Source: Epiperipatus broadwayi (lineage: Eukaryota > Animalia > Onychophora). From it: DNA of 64,000 nucleotides. Each line of letters begins with the position of its first letter. Position 1 is the first letter of the stretch. The position numbers and the translations under genes are program-made. This document shows positions 26,215 to 39,246 of this stretch, piece by piece. Where the stretch lies: positions 12,896,001 through 12,960,000 of the forward strand of contig JAQFVV010000007.1 of the NCBI GenBank assembly GCA_028023455.1, written 5' to 3'. The notes beneath the pieces are model-generated. The model saw only the letters and a program-made list of their open reading frames with translations. It ran no database searches and was not told the origin of the DNA.

Positions 26215-26480
26215 TACAGTTTATGATAAAGAGACTGAATTGGAGTTGTTCTTGTTATATTTCTACAAGATATGATAATAAATGGACAACTGAAATCTTT
26301 AACTGGATCCCGAAAGATGATAAAAGACCTAGAAAAAGATCATATGTGAGATGGATGGATAAAGAAACAAAGTTTCCTGGTGTAATATAAAGAAGATAGG
26401 TTAGAGGTAGATAAAATATATTAAATTTGTAGTGATCTTCATCCAGTAGAGGATGGGGAAATAGATAAACATGTTGATGA
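26215..26480 (+). mobile_element. RTE-clade LINE 3' fragment
   Basis: IKRLNWSCSCYISTRYDNKWTTEIFNWIPKDDKRPRKRSYVRWMDK is the same family as 6170-6665. Confidence 0.88.
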
Positions 26481-27376
26481 TAAAATGTCATTATGGAGCC
26501 ATAACTATAAACATAAGATATTATAGAGCAGTATGCTAAGAGAGGGAAAATATATTAAAAATAGCACCAATGATTATGTATTTTTATCACTTGGTTATAG
26601 CATTGGGTTGCAATTTATTCAACCTATTCTCAAGTAACTAACTGCATTTTTTTATTATTATCAACAGGATCATAGAAAACCCTAATGCAAACTTCATATG
26701 AATTATAGTTTTATGGGGCTTAAAATAAGAAATTACTGAAAATGATTAATCCTGATCACAAAATTGGTACTTTGGTGAAAGTTGTTCTATGAGACATATG
26801 TTTTTCACAGAGGCAAAAGTAGTGCCACTCAGTGCAAGAATAGTGACCTGTCATGTTTGATGGGACAGATGTCTAAGATCATCAGTGATTGCTATTGTTG
26901 TGACTCATATAACTTATTCTTTGAAGATTTGAGGCAGTTATAAAGGGTTAAATAACATTGATAAGTGTGGTAGAAAATGAAATGAGAAAAGAATGTTCTT
27001 TTTTTATTATCTTCTGTTATTAATAATCAATTGCTCATAATTAAATCAGAGATTTATCACAATTGTTTGGTAAAATGAATAGCTTGTTATTTTTACTAAA
27101 AGAAAAGTTAACCAAGGGTCCTATAACTTCAGAAATTATATTACATCACTATTATTGAACCTATGACTATTTATTCATTTTTATTTTCATAATCAGTGTG
27201 GCAAGATTTATCCCATAGGAGAATAATTTTTCTATCACTTTATGACTTTTTATTATAACTGTAATAAGAGCACCAAATTTTTCATACAGTAGTGTCACCA
27301 AGTGCAAGCCTTCATAATCAATGGATGCAGGAATATTTATGCATAAAATCACTATCTAGTGCTTAACCATCCAATA

Positions 27377-27418
27377 TCCCCAGACTAATTTCCAGCTTAT
27401 GGCTTTTATCAGTGAGAA
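27377..27418 (-). ncRNA. Minimal type-I hammerhead motif (G8A mutated)
   Basis: Minus strand reads UUCUCA-CUGAUAA-AAGC-CAUAA-GCUG-GAAA-UUAG-UC-UGGGGA; stem I UUCUCA/UGGGGA pairs. Confidence 0.55.
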
Positions 27419-27848
27419 GCCTTAGATTTGAAAGCACTGCTTCTAGATCTTAGGATCTAATGTAACCCTCCAGAGCCACCTTTTACCTATTTTGTTAACT
27501 ATATGACTAGGAGCCCAAGATGAAAACACCATAATGTTTCCAACATTATCAACAGCATATATAAGCATATGAAATGGTGATCATGTGATGTTTTGATGGT
27601 TTTATACCTATCCTGCCCATAGGAAAATGGTAATGGTGGTTTTTAAAAAACTAAGAACCCAAAAATGTATAGATCCTGAACTGAGTTTAGATCTATATGA
27701 TTATACAAGAAAATGAGATTGTTTTTGAATCGTTTAGGTGTTTTTATTTTGGGATTCTAGATTTATAGTAAACCAAATAGGTAAAATGTGGCTGCTGATG
27801 GGTTGCATTAGATTGCAAGATCTAGGTGTAGTGCTCACAAATCCAAGG

Positions 27849-27891
27849 TTTCTTACTGATGAAAGCCACAAGCTAGAAACTAGTTTCGGAT
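27849..27891 (+). ncRNA. Minimal type-I hammerhead ribozyme motif (degenerate stem I)
   Basis: CUGAUGA (27856-27862), A-AGC-CACAA-GCU-A, GAAA, palindromic CUAG, then UU cleavage-site equivalent. Confidence 0.6.
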
Positions 27892-29747
27892 ATTGAAGGA
27901 GTAGTCACTAGATATTGATTTTATGAATACACCTTCTTGCATCCATTGATTATGAAGGCTTGCACTTGGTGGTACTACTGTATGGTGAGTTTGATACCCT
28001 TATTAACAGCATATATAATCATATAAATTGGTGATCATGTAATGTTTTGATTATTTTAATCTTAACTGTTATACTAATTATTATATTTATTAAGTAATCC
28101 TCCTAAACAAATTTAACATAATTTAAACAATAGTTTTGACAAAATTTATGCTTGCATTTCAAATTTACATCTGTACAAAAATCTTATAATTTAGTAGTAT
28201 CATAAAGAAAAGTTTAGAGATTTCATTTTGAAAATATATTAGCTAGTGGCTCTATTAATATCTTCAGTTTTATTATAATAGTTATAGATAGATTTCATAG
28301 TCATTAACGACTTATACCAGGATTTTGTTCACATTTACATACATCCACGCAACCCCCATTGTTTAGAATGAATCTAAAGGTAAGACTCCAATTGCATCTA
28401 AGATCAAATCACACTGGCTTTATTTTTGAATATGAAAAAAAAAATTGTTTGGGTCCTGATAAAAAATCTATTTTAATGGAATAATTTACTCATAAATTCT
28501 TGGTTTAACACACAGAAGGGAGAAGATGATTTGAGTTTAATCTTAGATGGCAAACCTATGTCCTGAATTTTTGATGCGTCCAATCTATTTAACAACTTTT
28601 TAGACATTTTTTATGGGGTAACTTTTCTTTTGATATCTGGTAACAGCATACTCTAAAACATATTATATTCTTATGCTTAATTTTTACTATTTTGAAATAT
28701 TTTATTTCAGTCTACAGTCATTTTTTTTCTTTACAGTTGCGATAATAAGTTAATCCCTTGGATAATTTTTCCAAAAAGAAAATAGTGATTAATTTATTAA
28801 ATTTTGGTCTTGAAACATTTTTGACTCGGTTATTGATTTTTGATTTATTTTTTTTATGTAAATTTGTAAATATGTGTATATATTTTTTTAAAAATCCAAA
28901 AATCAAAAATGTTTTTAAATTGCTATCTGATAAATTAATCTTTCTTGGAAAAATTATTTAGGATATAATTTTTTTATTTCAAGTTAATATTCAATATTTA
29001 TGAGTAAAAAGAAATGTTGACTAATAGTATTAGCTTTAGTTGACTGATAATAAAGTGTCTAAATGCAATTAAACATAGATTTATTCTACTCACAAAGAAA
29101 AGTTTATGACTAAATGATGATAATTAGTATTTTCAACACAAGACATTTATATTTGTGATTTAAAATTTTTTAATCACAGTTTATATATATATGATTAAAA
29201 CCTTTTCATAATTTATAAAACCTAAATGCATATGTACTTTATATTCATTACGCGTCTAAATTATTTTATTATGCAATTGCAGATGTGTGATACTCAAATC
29301 AACTTTTAAATCTAGACTGCTCTCTTGGTTGAACAAAATTGAGTTTTCCTTCTAAAGTTCCTTATTAATTTTTAATAAAATCTTTGTTGAGATTAGTCAG
29401 CAAACTTATAGCTTTATAATTTTTTTAATCTTTTTTACTAGCTTTTATACAATAGAATAATTTTTTATTATTTTAATTATGGCAAGCATTTTTTTATTTA
29501 ATTTAACTATCAGTATAAACTTTATATATGTATATATAGCCGCAATAAAAGTAATTCGTGCTAAATCAGGTCTTTGTTTACCTTAGTCACATTTGTGATC
29601 ATATGTATCGGTTTATGAGATAGAGCTGATAGCTGAAGAGAGCTTGACAGTCTGTGTTCGAGTCTATTATGGTTACATCTAAACTCCAAATATATAATTT
29701 ATGAATATTACCAAATTCACTACTTCCTTTATTTTGCTGTGATATCT

Positions 29748-30313
29748 TATATAAATGCAATTTATCCACTTTACTCTGAACACTTTTAACAAAACCTTTT
29801 ATTGTACATACATGCATACATTTCTACTGTTCTGCAGTCTTCTTCAGAATTATGATATAATGAACAAAATAAAATACAGAACTATATAAAAACCATACAA
29901 AATGTAAACAATAAAACAAAAATAACTAAAATAATATAAAATATGACAAAAGATAATAAAACTGAAATAAACATAATCAAACCCCCAAAAATAATCTAGT
30001 TAATATAAAATATACAATATAAATATAAATTATACATGTGCATTCCTGATTGTATATATACATGAACAACTATTTGGGTTTGATTATATTTCAGTTTTAT
30101 TATGTTTTCTTATATTTTATGCTTTTTTATTGTTTACATTTTGTATGGTATTATTTATATAGTTATGTATTTTATTTAATTTTGTTCATTATATCATAGC
30201 TCTGAAGAAGACTGCAGGGCAGTTGAAACATAAGATTGTGTATGCATATATGTACAATAAAGTTTTTTTGCTAAAAAGTGTTAAAAGTTGAATGAGTACA
30301 TTGCATGTATATA
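29748..30313. mobile_element. Family P2 palindromic repeat with a hammerhead motif in each arm
   Basis: Inverted arms of about 235 bp (29748-29985 and 30066-30313). Confidence 0.75.
30195..30240 (+). ncRNA. Minimal type-I hammerhead motif (family P2)
   Basis: CAUAGCU-CUGAAGA-A-GACUGC-AGG-GCAGUU-GAAA-CAUA-AGAUUGUG. The mirror copy on the - strand at 29812-29854 has GAAA-UGUA; CATA and TGTA are both CpG-decay products of CGTA. Confidence 0.6.
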
Positions 30314-30823
30314 GTTTTTATTTGTATTCAATCAAATATTATATATGTATTTGTGCACATATGTGCCTGCAGAAGGGTGTTTGCTGTTAACTGAAAGGAA
30401 AACATTTGACTGTTGTTTAAGGTATTACAATAATAGCAAGACAAATTCCTAATGTTCACTTCATAAGTTATTTTTGGTGCAGGTGTTATTACAATACATT
30501 ATTCATATGTAGTAAGCTGAATCCTTTAATAGGCAGATCACAGTCTTTAGAAGCACCAATTTATCAATAGTTTTAGTAATTTTTGTATAGCCCTACTTTG
30601 GCCTAGTGAAAGGGAAGAGTGTCAGACTCGAGCATAAAGTTCTCTCATTTATTCCCATTCTGCTATTTTCAGTATTCAAATCCTTATAAATGCTTAAGCA
30701 AGAGTCATTTGATTAGATTTTTATTTTCTGGATTTTTTTTACCTTAAACTAAATTATCCTCTTGTAAAAAAAGATTTATTAACAATGATATTTTTTTAGT
30801 TTTGATCATTTACAAGATCATGC

Positions 30824-31810
30824 TTACACAAGCTTTTTACATGGAAGCAAAACTCTCTATACAGTAGCACAATTCAGTGCAAACCAGAGTAATCAATGGA
30901 TGCAGGAAGGTTTGCAGTTAAAATCCTTATCTACTTCCTACTCTTCCAACATTCAAAGACTAGTTTCTCACTTGTGGTAATAATCAGTGAGGAGCCTTGG
31001 ATCTGAGAACATTGCACATAGAATTTAGTTTCCAGCAGTCATCTTTTGCCTTACTAGTTAACTATAAAGTTTTGAGTCCAAAATGAAAACAGAAATGTTT
31101 TCAATTCAAGCTCATTAGCTTGTACAGTCTTGTAGATCTGAACTCCATTCAGCATCCATACTTTTTGGTGTCTGGTTTATTAATAACCACATTCACCATA
31201 ATCCTATTGACAGGATTTGTATTTAACCACTGAACATCACATAATTACCATTCTTTATGCTTACATAAGCTGTTTACACACAGGCAAATCTCTCCATACA
31301 GAAGCACCACTTTCTCCATGCATTGATTACTCTGACTTTCACGAAGTGATGTTACTGAATGCAAAGTTTTCCTCCTGTGTAAACAGATTGTGTAAGCCTA
31401 AAGAATGGTAATCATGTGATGTTAAATAGTTTAATACCAATTCTGACCAATAGGATTATGGTTAATGTGGTTATTAAAGAACCAAAGACACTCAAAAGTA
31501 TGAATGCTGAACTGAGTTCAGATCTATATGCTTGTACAACCTAATGAGCTTGAATTAAAAACACTATTGTGTTTTCCATTTTGAATCCAAGATAAAAGAT
31601 TGTTTTTGGAGGGTTGCATTAAATCCTATGATCTAGGTCCAGTGCTTAAAGATCCAAGGCTCCTCACTGATAAAAGCTAGAAACTAGTCTGGGGATATTG
31701 GGTAAGTTGGCACTAGATAAGGATTTTATACATAAACCTTCCTGCATACATTGATTACACTGGTTTGCACTGAGTGGCACTACTATATGGAGAGTTTTGC
31801 CTCTGTGTAT
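30824..31810. mobile_element. Family P1 fold-back element of about 1 kb: two inverted 437-nt units each with terminal redundancy
   Basis: Arms are complementary along their whole length. Terminus ttacacaagct... at 30824 recurs at 31261. Hammerhead motifs at 30952-30994 (-) and 31661-31695 (+, UCCUCA...GAAA-CUAG-UC-UGGGGA, stem II deleted). Confidence 0.8.
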
Positions 31811-33221
31811 ATTTCTATCGCATAAACTAAAGACTAAAATACATTTTGTAGATAGATTATTCAATGCAATAAGAACAATTGAGCCTTTAAGATGTGAAAT
31901 AAAATATGTTCTTTCTTTAGTGAAATTTTTTATGCAAATATGATGCAAGGTTTTCAGCTCTTATTAATCGATTATAGTATTTATGTACTTTGATGCAGTA
32001 AGTGGAAAATTATGGAGCTCAAAATCTATAATTTATAGCCTGGATCCATCATTTCTAGTGATGAAACATCCTATCTAATGAAGTGTCCTATTTTTTAACT
32101 TAGTAAGAGCTGCAATATTACATTAAAATCTAGATTGCATTTTAATGTAAATAAAATGAAAGTAATATGCTGAAAACATAAACTTTTAAACAACTGTGTT
32201 AATAAAAGATTTAATAAAACAAATTTCATATAAAAGTTATAGTAATTATTATATTATTGCAATAAAAACCTATTAAGAAATGTTTTTGTAGAACTGTGAC
32301 TAATTTAATAATACATTTTTCTGAAAAATCATATAGTGTAGCTCTCATAATAATTCAACACTTGTAAATTTTTTAGAGTATCTCTAAAAATATGTTCAAT
32401 GTTTTTTATTGCTTTTTAAAATTGTCTTGACATAAGTTTAGGCAATGTAAAATTAAACTATAAAGATAACAAGTATGACACATTGTTAAAAACCAACATC
32501 TTTGAGTTAAATCTTACTTATTTTTATGATTAGGCATAGATTAAAATATTGGATTTTAAAATGGGAGTTTTTCAATCTCTTCATATTTTCTAAGCTTGTC
32601 TATTTCTTATGTTATTATTTCAATAATCATATATTATTGTTTGTATCTTTTTTTCACTTTCCAGTTTCCTATATTTCTTTTTATGAAATAATGATTTCAT
32701 AAAAAATTATTTTATAAATTCTGCATGTAAAAAATGAAAAAGAATACATGTAATTTTTATAAAAAAATAATAATTTATTATTATCATTAGTGAACACATA
32801 GAAACTAATACAATCATTCTAACTTCCAAAGCAAAAGAAAATAATTAAAAAATTAGATATAGATTTTGCAATTATTATGCTAACCAATTTTCTAGTTGAA
32901 TGCTCTTCCTCATATATAAAATGTGGATTGTGATACTGTCTTTTTATTTCTGTAATGGACATTTTCTTTTGGAGGGCTTCAATATTTTTCTTAATTGTAA
33001 GTCTTTATTATATTTTCAATCATGTCCTAGCAATATAAAAAACCCTATGAGATCTTTTTTTTTTTTTTTGGAATGGCTTTTTTTATAAGATGAATGGCCA
33101 AGTCATCATAAAACCAGAAGTAGAACATAATAAATGGTCTGAATTTATTCAGTTTTATTTCCCATGTCTTTCTTATGTTATATTTAAATAAAGTCTATCT
33201 CTACATTTTTTTATATGTCTA

Positions 33222-33293
33222 AGCATTGACTGGGAAGTGAACCCAGACAAGCTGCTTGGAAGACAACTATGCTAACCACTAGGCAACCAATGC
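33222..33293 (-). pseudogene. tRNA-Gly(TCC)-derived pseudogene or SINE head
   Basis: Reverse complement GCATTGGTTGCCTAGTGGTTAGCATAGTTGTCTTCCAAGCAGCTTGTCTGGGTTCACTTCCCAGTCAATGCT: acceptor, anticodon (TCC) and T stems pair; T-loop/B-box is mutated (TTCACTT) and CpGs have decayed. Confidence 0.8.
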
Positions 33294-36200
33294 TTGACAT
33301 GACTATCTCCAAGTTAATACAGTAAAAGGAAAAATAACAGTTTTATTGAAAACTAATAAACTGAATAGTTGTATCATTATGATAAAGATCATACTATACT
33401 ATTTGATATCTGTTGATTACTTAAGTTTATAATAGAGGGCTCTAGAGTAAAGTGAAAATAACAATACTTGGGAGATCTGTCACTTTTGTAAAAAAAAAAA
33501 TAAAAAAAAATAAAACTATGTTTAAATCCATTAAAATTGGTTTTCATTCAAGAATAACTGATTTTTTCTAACATTCTGTTTTATGCAAATGGCTGCTATT
33601 GGAAAATGCAAAAGCCAAAATAAGTAATTCCAAAAAAGCTATGGTGTAACATAAGACTTTGAAAGAGATTTAAAATGAAACCAACTTATCAAAAAAATGA
33701 AAAAAGCTATTAGAAATCCTAATTTTCAGTAATAGAACAAGTTGAGAAATAATTTGGAAGTTAAACTCCATTGAAAATGTTAAAGAAATAAAAAAAAATC
33801 CTTTGCAAAGATAGTTTAAAGAATTTCACCATAACATCTGATAATTGTAAAGCAGAACAAGTTTCTAAAGCTGCAAACCAGCCAGGAAAGACAGGAAATA
33901 GCCCAGGGAACATAATAGACACAAAAAATATTCATAGAACAATGGGTAAAAGAAATTCTATCAGTAAATCTGTCATGAGAAAAAAGTTATGATTTTGTGG
34001 TGTCGAACTGGAAGTGGCCAAATGCAGCAAAATGGTGCAGGGGAAAAATAAGAAAAAAAATATTTTGAACATTAATTCGATCTAAATTGTAGAATCAAAC
34101 AATATAGAGTATGATTTAAGCTATCTCCCTGCACAAAAATTAAACTTTTCTGATGATCCAATCAAAGTTATTGGGCTGCTTTCAGTGAAATTGGGGTGCT
34201 ACAAAAAATAAAAAATTTCCAACTCAATACAGAATTACAATGAAGTGAATCCTGAGTCAAAAAACAACGATTGAAAGATACAAATAAGTATAAATGATGT
34301 TATAGATATAAACAGAGATACTGAAGTTCAAAATTAGTTAACATTGCTTAATTCAACAATTATTTAGAATACTATAAAGATTTATTGCAAACTATTGGAT
34401 TGCATAACTGAAGCATTGATTACTGGTCAACACATTGAATTCAGTCTAGACAAGCAGAATTGAAATAATATAAATAGGAAAGAGTCATTGTTGAAATCTT
34501 ACTACAATAGGCCTACTTTAGGGTTACAGAAACCAATTGTTAAAATATGATTTTGCCATCAACTTCTGTGTTCTACAAACAATAAGAAAGAATCTTACAA
34601 AGCTAGTCCCACTTTTCATAGTTGGAATGACCTAGTGGAATCTTACAATGCTAATCATACTCTTCATAATTGGAACAATTAAGTGAAATTTTATAGGCTT
34701 GATAGTAAATCATGGAGAACTTTGTTGTTGAATGAAATAAAAAATTATATTGAACTTTGATGGACATCTGCAGTTGATAAGGCTATCAAACAAACTTAGA
34801 ACTCCTCTGGCAAATGGAAAAATGGTATTTAATTGTTTGTGCAGATAAATCTAGCTGTGATTTTGAGATTACTATGAATCAATGTATTTTATATCATGTC
34901 CTTTTGTAAATCAAGGTATTTAATTTCACGAATGCATAAGTGATCACCCGTAAAAAATGGATTTGATTCCATGTGTTTTAATGTAATAGAAATTTTTTGG
35001 TCTAGGTGGGCAGGTTATAAGGTCCTGGCCTATTTGGATTGACATGTAAAAACTTTGACATTTGTTCATGCTGCTTTTGCCTAACAGTGCATTTTGGGGC
35101 AGGTGGACTGGGTTGGTCACTGCCCATGTGAACTGTTTAATGAGAAATCATAGGTTAATGATCATTTGATTTTTCAGTCTCAGGGTGGATGACATGGACA
35201 TGAGGGGGTTATTGGTCTGTGGGGGTGGATGGTGATCATTGCTATACCTAAGGATAGGATGGCCTGGCTTGGCTTTCGATGCCTTTTTTGGTTTGATTAA
35301 TGCTCTGAATTTGCAAAACCAATGTTACACTCGGAGAAAGCAAAACTCACTTATGGGGGAAGCCCAAAGTGGATATTCCTTACCCAAGGGATGGGTCTGG
35401 GACTCAAAAGGCATGGTTATGGCTGTTCAGTCATGGATGAATTCTGGGGGGGGGTCCTTCAGTTGGGTAAAAATCATCTCTCCTGTTTGGATTTTATTTT
35501 GAATGGACCATGGCATCTTCTTGATCGACTGCCATTGAATTGATGCTTGATTGTGATATTTACTTTTTGTAGGGATACCAGAAACTATTATTTTATTATG
35601 TAAGGCAGTTGGACTAATTTGAGCTACACCCTATTGCATAATTTTAATATATCTTTCTGATATTTTTGGCTCACAGGTGTAGGTGACAGAATGTTGTTCA
35701 GCCCACATGAGCTTATAGAATAGTTAATATGTGTTTTTCATCTATGGGTTGAGTACCCATAGAATTGTTTTGTAACCTTTGACCAATAAAGGTACTTTTT
35801 GGAACAACTATTTACATTTATTTGAAATTTTGCATTACTAAGGAGGAAATAAATTCATAAAATTAAACAATTGTGTAAAAAATGGAATAATGTAAAAAAG
35901 GACCACTTCATAAAATATATTTTTTTTATTGATATTTTAAAGATAAATGCATAATATAGAAATATATTTTTTGGTTTTATATTTCTTACAGAGTTTAGAA
36001 TAAACATTACATAAAGTGTCATGACTTTTAAACAAATCATTGTTTTTCATAAAGAGTAACTGAATTCTGATAACACATGTATTGTAACTCAACTGTAAAT
36101 CTTAAAACTGATTCTATTTTATTTTCTGGTTTTCTTTTTGAAAATAAACTTTTACATTAAGTCACATAGTTATTCAAAATTCTGAATAAATATATATTTA

Positions 36201-37246
36201 TGCAACTTATGGATAAATGAAACTTGTTTATTAAAAAAAAATCATATGTAGGTGATACTAATTTATCATGCTATATCACATCTAGCAACTGACACAACCA
36301 CACATGATTATGACTGTAATGTACAATTGCAAATTAATATTTAATCACACAGCTTATAGTTAAGTTAAATGTTTTAATTAAGGTAAGTTGGTTATGGATA
36401 GGATACTCTTAGGCCACATTTTTAGAAGAATAATACATCGTAAGTAATTTATCACAACAATTCTGCTTATTCTGAAAATATCTATCAATTTATGATAGTC
36501 CAAAAATTATCCAAACTCTTTTTTTAAAAAAGAGAGAGATTTATTTTCTTTAAAAGAAAAATAATAATAATTTTACAGAAATAACTCATACAAAAAAAAA
36601 AAAAAGATCCCATTTTAATAGAATTACGTGTTCTTAAAAATGTTTATTAAATAGTAACGTTAAAATGATATGGATAAATATAATTTAATAGCAATTCTTT
36701 GTCATTGGGCAGTATAAATATATAAATAGCACAATATAAATGGATATCTTTCTATATATGTAATATACTTTATCTTTAAAATAATACAAACAAAAAGCGA
36801 ATTAATGAACATATTATAGCCATATGTGAGTTAATTCGTTTCCTGTAATTCTGACATGGGTTATATTATTCTTAGGAAAATAATACTTCATTATTAGAAC
36901 AACTTAATATAAAAGGGGCTGGTATTCTTTTCTGGAAGTAACCATATTCTTGTGGGTTCCGAGTTGATGACAGATGAAGGGTGACCACCTCCTGTTTTTC
37001 TAGATAATTATTTGTTTTAAAATGTTTTTATAATAGTCTAATGCAAATTAAGCTAATACAGATTTATTTCTTTATTAAAGTTAAGATCTATTAAATAATA
37101 TGATTGGAATAGATAATTCATAATTTTGAGTAATTATAGTACCTATATAGCGCAAATTACTAGAAGTCCATTTGCAATAAATGCTTTTAATATTTTATAT
37201 CTGAAGTCTATATGTAATATGGGGGATTTGAACGCAGCCTTTCAAG

Positions 37247-37906
37247 CTCTCTTAAGTCATCCATTCTATCTCATACAACTAATACATATGGCCACACATA
37301 TGTGGAAGATATAAATAATCTCAAATATACATATTTAGTTCTGAACCAGCACACATCAATTAGTCCATATCATCATCTCCCACACATATATTTAATCAGT
37401 GTTCAGTTTTGTATTAAGATAATAAATCTTCATACTTTAATGGATAGGCTTCAATCCATTACACACTCCAAATCCTCAGCCTTCCATACCATTGAAAGTC
37501 TGATGATGGATCACCACCAATTCTTTGTTAATGAAAGTATTATTGTCATGAATACTGCCCATCCCTCTTCTGTGCATCAGAGTAATTTAAGGTCAAAATG
37601 GGCATGCCAATAATATTGGCATTAAGAAGAGATTTAGGAATTCATCAATTGATTTTCAATGGTATTGATGACTGAGAAATTGGAGAGCATAGTGGATTGA
37701 AACTTGTCCATTAAAGTGTGAATTTTTGCTATCTTAATATAAAACCAAATCCTGATTATATATATATATGTATGGGAGATGATAATCTGAACAAAGTGAT
37801 GAGTCCTGGTTCAGCACAAAACATGTATATTGAAAATAATTTATCTTTTTCATGTGTCTGGTCATGTGTATTGGTTGTATGAAATAAAAAGAATGGCTGA
37901 AGAGAG
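37247..37906. repeat. Family P3 palindromic element (diverged arms of about 310-330 bp)
   Basis: Left ctctcttaagtcatccattctatctcatacaactaatac versus the reverse complement of right gtattggttgtatgaaataaaaagaatggctgaagagag; axis near 37575. Confidence 0.75.
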
Positions 37907-39198
37907 AATAAATGCTTTTATAAACTGTAGATTATTAATAAGTGGTCATTAATTTTTCTAATTAAATCAGCTTTCCCAGTAATAGAAGAACAGAGTTTAA
38001 TTATATCAATTCTATTGTGATATCCACAATTATTTAAGTTAGATTTTTTTTACTGCTTGTAGAGCAAATGGTTCTTGTTACATTGAAAAGATAATTGAAT
38101 GGTTCATTGCTCTTGAGGTTATAAGAATTTTAAGCATCACAGTGATACAGCTAAGTCATGATTTTTGTATCATGAGACTCAGAATTGATCATTTCCCTAT
38201 TAGTCACACAGGATACCATAAAATTGTAATAGTGAAGAAAAGATTTTGTACTCTATTTCATAAATTGTAGGGTTAATGGTTTTAATGCATTGTACAATCT
38301 AACCACACCATTCCTTTCTTATTCTTTCCTACAATACAAATAATCTGTGCCAGGATGCATTTTGTAAAGGCAAAGTATTTCATGAAATTATTTTTACTAT
38401 ACTTATATTAATTTAGATAGCACTGTTACTTTACCTAATTTGGTGTATGAATGTGAGTTTTGGACTAACTATCAATGTAACATAAAGGTATTACAAAAAT
38501 CTTTAAACATGTTTGTACAAATTTAAAAATGCAATGACAAGATTATATGACCAAAGGTTATTCAACTTACTGGGTGTGATACTATAGAAACCATTATTGG
38601 AAAGTCACACCATTAATTACACATGTGAAAACAATAAATAGTACAAGACTTCCTCAAGTGATGTTTTGTGGGTAAACAAGCATTTGTGACAATGATAGAT
38701 CTCATTTAACTTATAAATATTATCTCAGAAACATTCAAATGAAGATGTAATATTGTTTTTATTAAGAAGAAATGATGAAGGACAGAATACTTTGATATAT
38801 TGGAGAGCTACAATTAGAAAAGTGTTGAAATCTTCCAGAAAGAAATGTTTTCTACAGAAGAAGCTAAAAGACAGCATTAATTAATCAAAATAGTTGGCCA
38901 GTGTGTTCTGCATATTATTGTATAGTCATTGCAAAATTCATCTTTTGTGAAGTATTATATGTTATTTTGTTTTGTTTTTTTCCTTTTTTTCTAGGCTTGA
39001 AATCAAAAATTTTAATAGACCCTTTTTTGTTTTTTTAAATAAATTTAATTAGTTGTTTTATATATATATATATATACATAATATTATTAGGGAACAAAAT
39101 TGGAATAAATAATTTAAACAAGGAAAAACTCAGTATTGTTCATCATTATAACAATTTATTATCCCTCCTCCCTATGATATATATATATATATATATAT

Positions 39199-39246
<48 letters not shown>

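Larger units (their letters stand above)
27283..28052. mobile_element. Family P1 palindromic repeat with hammerhead motifs (Penelope-like/retrozyme-like)
   Basis: Inverted arms 27283-27500 and 27770-27984. The right arm is a 454-nt unit with a direct terminal repeat (aacagcatatataa at 27551 and 28005). Hammerhead-like motif in each arm. Confidence 0.75.

Noticed and set aside
34950-35600. GC-richer block with partly open frames on the minus strand
   Set aside because: Probably a decayed retroelement ORF, but no motif could be identified with confidence.
38550-38930. STYWV*YYRNHYWK segment suggestive of a FLYWCH/MULE transposase relic
   Set aside because: Only a few residues match; no TIR or DDE domain seen.
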